A stretch of 55,695 nt of DNA, filler included, from Dirinaria sp. TL-2023a (lineage: Eukaryota), in assembly GCA_051941275.1 (NCBI GenBank). It is 3 parts of 3 records of this genome, joined end to end, with 100 filler letters (N's around TTAATTAATTAA, not from the genome) between each part and the next. Parts side by side here need not be neighbours in the genome. Positions count along the whole stretch, not along the records: positions 1 to 18,552 come from JAVEBF010000380.1; positions 18,653 to 37,139 come from JAVEBF010000382.1; 1 more part is not named here. One strand, given 5' to 3'. Below the pieces are notes generated by a model. It saw only the letters and a list, made by a program, of their open reading frames with translations, was not told where the DNA came from and did no database searches. Position numbers and translations under genes: made by a program. Below, piece after piece: positions 12,359-22,504 of the stretch; position 1 is the first letter of the stretch; each line of letters begins with the position of its first letter.

Positions 12359-13898
12359 GATGTTATCATTCGTTCAAACACTGTTATCATCACGCTACAG
12401 AGTGACGAGAGTGAGTAATGATATACGGACATGTAAGTAAGTACCTTGGGTATGGAAGTCAGGATAAAGTTTCCCCTTGGCACTTCATTCAGGAGGCTTG
12501 GCTTGCTCGAATCCCAGCTCCAAACGAAGTAGTGTGAGTCCTTCATTAGTCTAGGAAATTCTGAAAAGGTATTACAAGGCCGCACTTTCCGCATCGCTGC
12601 ATAGACTCGGCATTTTTGAGTAGACGACACAACTCGCTATACAACAAAAGGGACACGGTTGCGGCACAAGGTCTTCAGTGAGACCGATAACTTCTTGAGA
12701 CATTACTTGTTCTAAAGTACTTTTTGCACCGTTCTATCCAGCGTTTGGTACTTGAGCGAAGTCCAGCGCCCACGAAAGTCATCCCTCTCACCTGCAAAGT
12801 GAAGAAGTAGTCATCCACAGCAAGGTCGCCTCAAATAGGGTCCGGCTTGAGCCTTGCGAGGGCGAATTTCTGAGTCCGTGTGGGCCTTCCGACAAGCAGA
12901 TGATTGTCTCGAAGAAGATGCACCCTGGTAGGCATACATCGTATGATGATCCAGTCGCCCGGCCGAGCTGACACTCAGGTGCTTCATACATACCGGTGTC
13001 CTGTGGGACATCGAAGTCTTCAGAAGAGTAGAAAAACTTTGCTCGACCCACACTCAAAGGTCCGGGTCTACGCTTGTCATTGAAATAGGGGTCATCCGCA
13101 ATTTTAACGAGCGAAATGTTCGTTGGTGTAAGTCGTCATGGAGGCCGTATACAAGTCCCATCAGGACGGTTGCATAACGCTTGGGCGCTAAATGAGGCCA
13201 GCCATCTGCGCCAATATCCAGGTCCCCATCTTGGATTTTTGTCTCGAGCCTATCTCTTGCGTCAAAGGCTCTCGGATGTTGATTTACGTCCTGAGGAATA
13301 TGAAGTCATAGGCGCGGCAGGAAGAAAATGATGCCATCAACTAGATAATATGTTTCGAGTCCTTTTGCTGCAAGACTAGAAGTGACTACAGCTCTCTCTT
13401 GAACAAATACTCTTCGGAGGGCTAGGGACTTTGGAGAGCCAGCAGGGGACGAGGATTATGTACGAGCTCAGGGTTTTGAGCCTTGACAAGCGTATCAAAA
13501 TCTTAATTACCCTTTTTGGCTTAACTCAATAATTTCCGCCGGCTCACGTAACGGATATTGATCTTTTGCTCAATTGTTCCTGGCATTTTCGAGGGTATTA
13601 TCGAGGCGCAAGCGAGGATTAGAATCAAGAAAGTGACATCTCAAAGAATAAATGCTAAGGTCGGTAGATAGGTAGTCCGTAGTCAGGCGTGAGCTTAGGG
13701 TTATCGATCTAATCTTCGTCGTCTTGGCACATCGTTCAGTTGGGCTTGGCACTTTTTCGACGCAGTTTCCATTTTGTGGGATTTCTTACCTTCTAGTAAG
13801 GTAGCCGAGTTCCTGGGTTGAGCAGCGGATCAATATTAAGTGCATGAGGCTGCTGGTCAAGAAAATTGAAATATCCTGTGAGCGCATTGCAACGTTAG

Positions 13899-15762
13899 AT
13901 GGCTACAGTACCACCTCCGCCAAGTAAGCGGCAGAAGACTGCAGAGGCAGAGAAGGCCAGAGAGCAGCAAAGCGTGGAGGGCATTCCAAAGGGCCTTGGG
14001 AACATACGGGTGCAATTCAGCAATCAATCAAATGGCGAACATGTGGGAGCACCGGTTTCGGTACCGGTCACTCATGCCACAGTAAAGAACCTTGAACTTC
14101 TCCTCAATACGCTGCAAGGAAATGTATGTTCATAATCTTCTGGAGAGTTTCCTTGCTATTAATCGCGTTTCTCATATCTTCTCGTTTCTATTTCGTCGGA
14201 AATTTGCAATGGTATTTATTGATATGACCTGATTTCCCAAATCCTGGCGCATCGTCTTACAAATTTGAATCGAGAGGAATAATATCACGCACCCTTTCTA
14301 GTGGGTCCGGCTCATAAGAGAAGCCTTATGAGAACGCCAGGACCGATTAGCAACTACTTCGTGGCGGAGACACAGGAGAAACGCACTACTACCTCACAGT
14401 GTAAGAGCTGACCTCAAGCAGGATGATTCTGAGCGAGTACCATATCGATTCACCCACACCTACAGCCGTGGTTCCGCTGACGACAGTTCAGCTTTGGGTA
14501 CGCTTGACATTGCTAGCGACATCTACCGATCCTTGTTGAAGTCCGGCCTAAGGACTACTGAGGACATCGTCACGTTACAATTTACTCCTCAAGCCGTGTT
14601 CAAAGTCCGTGCAGTATCGAGATGTTCGTCCTCAATACCTGGTCATGGCCAAGCTATTCTGGCTACTCAGTTCTCCCCTTCCTCTTCTTCCCGTATGGTG
14701 ACTGGCAGCGGGGACAACACCGCACGAATATGGGATTGCGATACTGGAACACCATACAAGACATTAAAAGGCCACACTAGTTGGGTCTTAGTAGTGAGCT
14801 GGTCATCAGATGACTCAACAATAGCAAGTGGAAGTATGGATAATACAGTTCGTCTTTGGGACCCTAAAACCGGCGAAGCTCGAGGCAACCCTCTGAAAGG
14901 CCACACCAAGTGGGTTAACAGCATAGCTTGGGAACCATTCCATGTTCAGTCTCATGGACGCCCTCGGCTAGCATCAGCGTCGAAGGACTGTACTGTACGG
15001 ATATGGGATACTGTATCAAAGCGAATCGAAATTGTCCTCAGTGGTCACAAGGACTCTGTGTCATGTGTCCGCTGGGGGGGCACAGGATATATCTACACAT
15101 CCTCGCGGGACAAAACCGTCAAAGTCTGGAATGCTAAGGACGGCACCCTAGCACACAACCTTACCTCACATGCGCATTGGGTGAACCACTTAACTCTCTC
15201 CACCGACTTTGTGCTTCGTACAGCGTACCATGACCATACAAGAGAGATCCCTAGCACCGAAGAAGGCAAATTGGCGAAAGCGAAGGAGCGGTTTGAGAAA
15301 GCTGCGACAGTGAATGGTCACATTGTTGAACGACTAGTAACTGCCTCGGATGATTTTACAATGTACCTCTGGGAGCCTGCCACCAGCAACAAACCCTTGG
15401 CTCGTTTACTCGGCCACCAAAAGCAAGTCAATCATGTGACATTCTCCCCAGATGGTCGATACATTGCCAGTTCTGCCTTCGACAATCACATCAAGCTCTG
15501 GGAATCACGAGACGGCAAATTCCTTTACACCTTGAAAGGTCACGTGGGTCCTGTATACATGTCTTGCTTTTCTGCAGACAGCAGGTTGTTGGTCAGCGGG
15601 AGCAAGGATACGACGCTCAAGGTGTGGGACGTGGCAAGCGGCAAGCTGAAAGAGAATTTGCCAGGGCATCAGGATGAAGTTTTTGCGGTCGATTGGAGCC
15701 CTGACGGCGATAGAGTGGGGAGTGGAGGGAAAGACAAAGCCGTCAGAATCTGGAGACATTAA
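13899..15762 (+). CDS. RSA4: Ribosome assembly protein Rsa4/Notchless (NLE domain plus WD40 repeats)
   Basis: MATVPPPPSKRQK...LELLLNTLQGN, then intron 14124-14421 (GTATGT...CTGAC...CAG), then DDSERVPYRF...QAVFKVRAVSRCSSSIPGH; eight WD repeats ending VRIWRH. Confidence 0.95.
14175..14375 (+). ncRNA. Candidate intron-encoded box H/ACA snoRNA
   Basis: Hairpin CTTCTCG (14178) / CGAGAGG (14271), H box ATAATA (14279-14284), second hairpin (TCACG/CGTGG, CTAGT/ATTAG, GGTCC/GGACC, CTCATAAG/CTTATGAG), ACA at 14370-14372. Flanked by a perfect 9-bp stem, 14165-14173 / 14376-14384. Confidence 0.6.
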
Positions 15763-16403
15763 GTAGACTTAGAGAAAGCTAACATGGGCCGCACGACTAT
15801 ATTGCATCAGGGTGCTGATAGTGACCAAGGTCCGCAGAGACGAAAAACGTGCATCACATTTAGGCCGATGGCCACAATCGTTGACGAGTGGGACAGTACT
15901 GTTTTGCAAGGTACGGAGGTAAGCGTGAATGCCTACCTATTCGCTAGTCCGCAACTATTAGCTTCAATAATAATACCTACTTAAATAAGTTCTCCGGGCA
16001 AAAAGATTGTGATACAAGGCAATTGCACCAGGGCACCTGCTGCGTCCTTACGACAAGAGATTCAAGCGCCCTTTTTTTTTATGAAGAGCGTTTAAACCTT
16101 TTTGTCGAATTTGGTGTCATGCTATCTGGAGCCTATTAGCTGCAGCTACCTTACCACTGCGAGGACTTCCCTAAACGGTTTTGTAGCTCGACCCTCAGCA
16201 ATCCCCCCTGCTTGCGGCCGACGCCATGTTCCGTAGCCGATACGCCGTTAAACTTATATGTCTAAGGTACACAGCACCCAGGCATACCTTGCCTGCCTCT
16301 GACGCCATTTTTTCCTTTCTACAAGGCTTCTCGAGGAGTGGCCAAATTTGTTCCATAATCATGACCTCTAGCTAGATGCAGCACTGACTAATCCACAACC
16401 AAA

Positions 16404-17183
16404 TCAGTGATCACAGCAAGTACACTGACACTTGCCAGCTCTTCTTGGCGCTACACCGTCCTGCTCTGGCGCTGGCAGAGGCAGCGGTGGTGGCTGATCC
16501 ATCAATCTCGGGTCAGTTGGGGTCTCCATGTCCTCAGGCCTCGCCATCGGCGGCGTAGAGGGGTCCCCATTCTGTGCAGCCTGGCGACCTTCCAGCCTCG
16601 CAATCTTCGCTTTCAGGTTATAAACATCCTGCGCGGTGACATCGGGGTTCCACCTCCTCTGCAACACCTCCAATACATCCTTCGGGCTCCTGGAATCCTT
16701 GAACATCTCCTTCGCTTCCTCCATGGCTTCCCTCGGCAGCTGTCGCAAGCTCGGGTGCTGCGTCGCGCTCTCACTCCGCTCATGTCCATTGTGCTTCGGG
16801 TTCATCATCGTCAACACCCATGTTCCGTCGTTCGTCCGCTTGGCGCGAGCTTTCCAATTGCAGCCGACCAAGCGCCGAGTGCGGTTCTTGCGCACGCGTG
16901 TTTCCGGGGTGAGTTTCCAGTGATTGACGTATTCACCGCCTCGGTCGCAGCGCACATACGCGATGCCGCGTTTGTAGTTGTTGCTGGAAGTGACGCACGC
17001 GTAGCCGTGGGCACGGGCGTGAGATTGGCAGGCGGTCATCAGGTCTGGCAGAGAAGCAAAACTACCTTCTGGAGGCGGTGGCATGCCATTGAATGGGTCT
17101 GTTTGGTCGATCTGGTCCGCTTGGTAGGGGCCATTGGGGGGGTTGGGAGGAGGATAGTATTCCTCCTCTTGGAGATAGTCCAT
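16404..17183 (-). CDS. FAR1/AFT-type (Mutator transposase-derived WRKY-GCM1 fold) DNA-binding protein
   Basis: Intact 259-aa ORF with ARAHGY...VRCDRGG...GCNWKARA...WVLTMMNPKHNGH...HPSLRQL, followed by an HTH-like segment (SPKDVLEVL...TAQDVYN). No DDE domain, and no TIRs seen. Confidence 0.8.
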   Translation of the reverse strand: MDYLQEEEYYPPPNPPNGPYQADQIDQTDPFNGMPPPPEGSFASLPDLMTACQSHARAHGYACVTSSNNYKRGIAYVRCDRGGEYVNHWKLTPETRVRKNRTRRLVGCNWKARAKRTNDGTWVLTMMNPKHNGHERSESATQHPSLRQLPREAMEEAKEMFKDSRSPKDVLEVLQRRWNPDVTAQDVYNLKAKIARLEGRQAAQNGDPSTPPMARPEDMETPTDPRLMDQPPPLPLPAPEQDGVAPRRAGKCQCTCCDH

Positions 17184-17346
17184 TGAAGGGTGGTCGAGAC
17201 CCTCGAGGGTCGAACGACGTCGACGAGACGAACCGGGATTGATTTAATCGAGTATCGAATTTGATATGGGGAGAACGCTGTTGTATCCGTAAAATGGGTG
17301 ATTTGGAAGGACAAGTCGTGGGTTTAAGAGGGCAGGAGAGGGCTTA

Positions 17347-17355
17347 GTCACGTGA
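17347..17355. promoter_or_regulatory. bHLH (Cbf1-type) E-box GTCACGTGA in a ~320-bp divergent promoter
   Basis: Matches RTCACRTG and lies between the starts at 17183 (-) and 17502 (+). Confidence 0.4.
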
Positions 17356-17501
17356 TGTGCTGGCACTAACGCCTTAAAAGGTCAAGCTACGGTAGTTCTT
17401 CGGACAAAACTGCTCGTCGTCATTTCACACTGGCCGATGGCATAGAGCTTACCGTACCTTAGTACTCGAGTAGTAACATCATCCCTTTGCTATAGGGGTC
17501 A

Positions 17502-18552
17502 ATGCCATTACTGCCATTAAGGCCTACAATTTACAGAAGCCTGATATCAAGATCCAATGGAGGCTTGGGAAGAAGAAGTTCCTTTCTCAGGCAGACCCGG
17601 GCATTAACAATATCCTCCGAGGTCGAGGTATGCCAATGGCGTCTTCCATTGATTCATCAAATTGACGTTCTGACTAGGGAAGCAATGGCAGCGCAAATAG
17701 ACTGGAAGGGGATACGGAGGTGCGGCGACGCGAAAGAAGCCCTGCCACACGACTGGAAGACAGCTCCATTGTGTCCGAAGAAACCATCAGCCGTAGAGGA
17801 CAAGCTCGGGTGAAGCAAGCAGCCGAAGCAGCAGAAAAACAAGAGGTTGCCAAAAATGCACCTCAGGCAGATAGCGCACCCAATCATTCCGATGCCCCAA
17901 ATGGAGTGAACCCAGAACGCTTTCCTCAAATGGACTCTACGGAGAACCAGCGTCCTCTCGAGACATCTAAAAGGCTGCAACGCAAGCTCGAGCCTCCGCC
18001 TCCTAAACCTGTTATCCCGAACCACATTCCCCTCCTAGAAGGCGAGGAGGACCACCCCGCTCTGCGGCAGATTCCGGATACCGATCCCAGACGTCGTTCT
18101 AAACCCGCGAGGCCTTGGAAAACTGCTGCACTTAAAGCGTATCGCGATAAGCACAAGGCTGCTAAAGCTCAGCGACGAAAGGCCTTCGAGGCAAAGCGGA
18201 AGGCGAAAAAGGTAGCGGAAGGCCAAAGACAAAACATCAAAGCGGAGCAAAACACCGAAGAAGCGGAGCCAGACCGCCCGAAAGTCCCGAAGTCGGCCAT
18301 CAAGGCCGCACGCAAACAAAGGAGGGTGGAGTCTCAAGAACGGAAGCGAGCAATAGCGATGAGTATCTGCCGCGCCTACGGCTTCACAGTCGAAAACACA
18401 GACGGCGCCGCCGATATCAAACCAACCGTCACAGGGATGCAAGGCGCAGAAATCGATTTCGACGCCATAGAATCCGACTTAGAGAAGAAAAACAACCGCA
18501 AAAATTCGCGGAAAGATGCAGCAGCAACCAAGACACAAAACCCCGCCGCCAC
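17502..18552 (+). CDS. Hypothetical basic protein with probable mitochondrial targeting peptide; truncated by the gap
   Basis: Arg/Ser/Leu-rich, acid-free N-terminus MPLLPLRPTIYRSLISRS...; intron 17628-17677 (GTATGC...CTGACTAG) joins in frame to the Lys/Arg-rich ORF running into the N spacer. Confidence 0.65.
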
Positions 18553-18652
18553 NNNNNNNNNNNNNNNNNNNNNNNNNNNNNNNNNNNNNNNNNNNNTTAA
18601 TTAATTAANNNNNNNNNNNNNNNNNNNNNNNNNNNNNNNNNNNNNNNNNNNN
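18553..18652. other. Artificial contig-joining spacer
   Basis: N44-TTAATTAATTAA-N44 (100 nt, stops in all six frames). Confidence 0.97.
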
Positions 18653-19317
18653 GATATAACACCCCCGGTTGTGGAATCTTTGCTTATCGTATACATATGA
18701 ATCTCGCGATGCTATCGCGTATGAATCAGAACCATATCAAGAAAAAAATTGACAATTTTATCTTTCTTTAAGGTCCTTTCAAAGAACCGCAAAAACATTC
18801 CATTTACAACTATATATACTTTATCAGCACATAAGACATATTCTGACCTATAACGCACTACGTGTAGGTTTACTTCTCGTGATATCAGGTTTTATTAAAC
18901 TGCGTCAGGGGATAGAATCCAGCTTCGATATTAGATTTTTAACTTCCCCGCCAGCTAAGTGAATAGCTAGTTTTGAGTCTTTTAAAATGCGGTAATGGAT
19001 GGGCTTGAAAGGGAGGTGTAAGGGTGGAGCGTAAATTGGAGGGAAATTTGATGAGCAGGTGAAGAGATAAATACAGAAGCTTGTCAAAAAGTTACAGGTA
19101 CTACTGAAAAGCCTTTCGTGTATGAGAGGAGGAATGGCAAGAGGGGGTTGAAGGGCTTTTCTGTCCTGGAAGGATGATCAAATAGCTGCTGAGCACTGGA
19201 ATGGATGTTTTATATGTTGGATTAGAGAAAGTACGCTATAAATTAGGTATATAAAACTTGAGGACCGAGCTGAAACCACAGAGAAGGAAAAAGCCAAAAA
19301 AAAAAGAAAAAAGATCC

Positions 19318-20352
19318 CTACCCATCGACCAACTCTCCAGCAACATCAACCACAATCTTGCCCCTCGCCCGCCCCGTCTTCAACCGCTCAAACGCCTTTG
19401 GCGCTTCCTCAAACCCAAATCTCTGATCCAGCACCGTTCTAACCTTTCCCTCCCCCATCCACTCCGCGATCTGCGCCAACTCCTCAACTTTCGGCTGCGT
19501 AAAAAACCCTTCCGCAGTTCCTTTCATCCCGCCCAGCCAGCCTGGCCACAATTTCCTCTTCACGTTGTCCACAAGCCCGGAAACCGAGAGATCGCCCGCG
19601 ACTTTCACAATCACCGCGCCCGGCTTCAAATACTCGCCACAGCGCCAGATCAGTTCTTTGTCTTGGCCGACATTATCAGCCGCGTGATCGAATTTCGTTT
19701 CACTGGCTATTAAAGCATCGAGAACCTTCTCTTGCTTATAGTCAATGACCTTATCCGCGCCGAGCGACTTGCATAATTCGACGTTCGGAGTCGAGCACGT
19801 GGTAGTAACATGGCACCCTACCGCCTTAGCAATCTGTATCCCGAAAATTCCTGTGCCGCCAGAGCCTCCATTGATGAATATCTTATCGCCGCTCTTCACG
19901 CGCGGAACTATGCTTTGATACGCTGTCAACCCCGCAACCCCAATTGTAGTGGCATCAACCAGGGATACATTCTCCGGCAGCGCAGCAGTACCCTTCGTGC
20001 TCGCGACAGCGAACTCCCGCAAGGCACCGCCCGCGATGGGTGTGCTGCCTGCGACGCCGAAAACCAATTGGCCAGCTTTGAAGGAGGATCCCGGGGCAGG
20101 AGTCACGATCGTCCCCGCGAAATCGATGCACGGGGTGAGTGGTTTGGAGAGGAAGCGCGTGACGAGCGGCATTTCGGCCGGCTTGTAGTCGACTGGGTTC
20201 AGAGCTGTGAACTGGATCCGTACGAGGTGTTGGTCTGTCTTAGGGGTTGGGAGGCGCGCGGAGGGGTTCAGGTGAAGGTCTTTTTCGAGCCCGTTGCGCG
20301 CGCTGGTGTATTGCCAGGCGCGCATTGTTGAGGGTGGGGTTGAGGATGCCAT
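19318..20352 (-). CDS. Medium-chain dehydrogenase/reductase (NADPH:quinone oxidoreductase / enoyl reductase-like)
   Basis: Single-exon 344 aa: ALNPVDYK, DFAGTIV, AGLTAYQ, FINGGSGGTG, LGADKVIDY, GRARGKIVV. Confidence 0.92.
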   Translation of the reverse strand: MASSTPPSTMRAWQYTSARNGLEKDLHLNPSARLPTPKTDQHLVRIQFTALNPVDYKPAEMPLVTRFLSKPLTPCIDFAGTIVTPAPGSSFKAGQLVFGVAGSTPIAGGALREFAVASTKGTAALPENVSLVDATTIGVAGLTAYQSIVPRVKSGDKIFINGGSGGTGIFGIQIAKAVGCHVTTTCSTPNVELCKSLGADKVIDYKQEKVLDALIASETKFDHAADNVGQDKELIWRCGEYLKPGAVIVKVAGDLSVSGLVDNVKRKLWPGWLGGMKGTAEGFFTQPKVEELAQIAEWMGEGKVRTVLDQRFGFEEAPKAFERLKTGRARGKIVVDVAGELVDG

Positions 20353-21507
20353 TGTTAGGGATTGCGGGTGTAGATGTGGGTTGTTGCATTGTGCGGTGGT
20401 GAAGTCGTTGTTGTTATATAGATTTTATTATCGTAAGTTTGAGAAATGCCTGAATGCACAGCATTGGATCCGAGGGATCAGACAGTTCGTGTATGACGGC
20501 ATTCAGGAGTCGGTGGAGAGTAATGCCGGCCCGTCGGATGAATTCCTCAGCCGGCGGGCTTACTAAGTAATTAGCTCTGGTGGCCGATGAGGAAAGTTCG
20601 GCCGACTTACCTTCAGATCGCTTCTTTGTTATTGATGTTAGACTATGGCTTTTTATCTACAGTCCTCTCCCTGGAATTAGTGTGAGGACCGTCAACTTAC
20701 CTCTACAACCAAGTATTACGAGCGTATGCGTTCATAACCCGCCTGTCGAAGGAAAGTCTACGTCTTACATTCGCTCCACAATTGCACGAATACACAGCCG
20801 ATGGTCACATGACGGCCAACTCAAGAAGCTCTTCATGGAAGGAGCTATGGGCTGTCTTCTTGAGCGTAGGAACCCGAGAGTGAAGGCTAGACATTTTGAC
20901 ATGGCCGATCTATGTGACATTATCAAAGAAGTCTAGTAATTCGGAAAGATCGGGTGTCTCACCCGTAAGTGTACGGCAGAGTACCTAGCTCCTATACTAG
21001 GATGATACCTAATGTGCTGGGATCCAATTTGGGGCAAGCAAGCATCTACGGGCTAGAACGCCATCGCATGCCTTGTAAGCCCAGCCTTGTCAGCAGATAT
21101 GCACCTATCGAGACTTCAATGCGAGCCTCAGAGAACTTGCAAGGCAAAATAGATATTTGGAAGCAAGGGCATACAGGTGCATTTTCGAGACTAGCTACAC
21201 ATATGCTATGGAAGCTAGCCTCTAAAGGTAAAATTACAAAAGTCTGATTGCAAGCTGTCTCAACAGAAGCCTCGTCCATATCGTGACAATCCCTCCGGCC
21301 CCCCCAGAAAACATCAACCATTTCATATCACGGATCACCCCTGAGTACTTGGAATGCAGAACATCAAATGCTAGTGTCGGTGGAATTTGTGTCCGTCGCC
21401 GTAAGGGTTGCTTTGAGCGGCGTCAGTCCATCTAAGCAACTTTGATATAGCTAAAAGATGAAGAATGGACTTACAGCGTATAATCATGCTCCTGGTCTCT
21501 CCCTTGA

Positions 21508-22504
21508 CTAGGACCCCGTTGGTGCAACCTGGGCCTGGTCCAGAGTCTTAGTTGGCTCGTCTCCCGAACCCACGCATTCAAACCCTCCCACCTTCCCTCC
21601 CGCCTTTGCTGCTGGCGCAATTTGGAACGCAGGGCAGTGGTGGCGGCGGCGGCGGTATTCTCCTACTATTATTTGCCCTAACACATCGCGGTTTTCTTCA
21701 GGCTCAGCTTGCCTCGAGGTTATTTCTCGCTTAAATTTGCCAATAAGGTTAAAGTCATAACATTCACAGCGTCCGTCAGTCAATCGTACGGGTGTTTCGC
21801 CTGCAGAGCAGTGGAGGTGCGAGCATACTCCTCTCTCTCCTAACCAGCCGCGCTTTTCTTCATGCTCAACTTGCTCCAGGGCTATGTCTTGCTTCTCTTT
21901 GGTACTCAAGCTCTCACCAAGCTCAGTAGTTTGACTAGCGACATCCCGCTTGCTTCCGCCAGCGGTCTCGCAAGCACATTCTCCGTTAGGCTTTGAAACA
22001 CGAACAAGGAAGAAGGGGCAGTGATAGTTCGAGCATGGCCCTTTCGCTACTATTAATCCGCGCTTTTCTTCATGCTCAGCTTGCTCCAGAGCTATGTCTC
22101 GCTTCTTTTTGCTACCCGAGCTCTCATCAAACTCAGTCGACACAGTTTGAGTAGCGACATCCCGTTTACTCCCGCCCGCGGTCTCGCAAGCACATTCTCC
22201 GTTAGGCTTTGAAACAGGAACAAGGAAGAAGGAGCAGTGATAGTTCGAGCATGGTCCTTTCGCTACTATTGACCCGCGCTTTTCTCTAAGCTTATACCCC
22301 AAAGTATAATCAAATTCATTGTCCGCCGTGTACTCTTCTGCAGAAGAAACCAGTCAACCATCATAGACTCACACGGTCGACAAGTCTCAACTCACCATGA
22401 CGGTTCTTTCGAATAGAGAGTCCCTTAGGTTGAACGGTTGGAGCTGCGAGACTTGAAGTGACCACGGAGGCTACCAGTACGGTAGCTAGTAGCGTTCGAA
22501 GCAT
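21508..22504 (-). CDS. Secreted Kex2-processed repeat protein (KEP-like) with three Cys-rich core peptides, ~312 aa
   Basis: Signal peptide MLRTLLATVLVASVVTSSLA; 58-nt intron 22338-22395 (GTGAGT...TTGAC...CAG) joins in frame. Repeats of 216 and 210 nt, with cores bounded by EKR...KR. Confidence 0.85.

Noticed and set aside
12360..13898. Telomerase RNA candidate: TAACCCTAA template-like 9-mer on the minus strand (13695-13703) in a 1.5-kb intergenic region
   Set aside because: Only ~195 bp from the divergent RSA4 start. I could not identify a pseudoknot, CR4/5 or Sm site. A Tbf1-type promoter box is simpler; a covariance-model search would settle it.
16407..17186. 259-aa plus-strand ORF
   Set aside because: Exact antisense shadow of the FAR1-type gene, with no protein-like features.
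18597..18608. TTAATTAATTAA as a biological motif
   Set aside because: Synthetic linker, repeated identically at 37184-37195.
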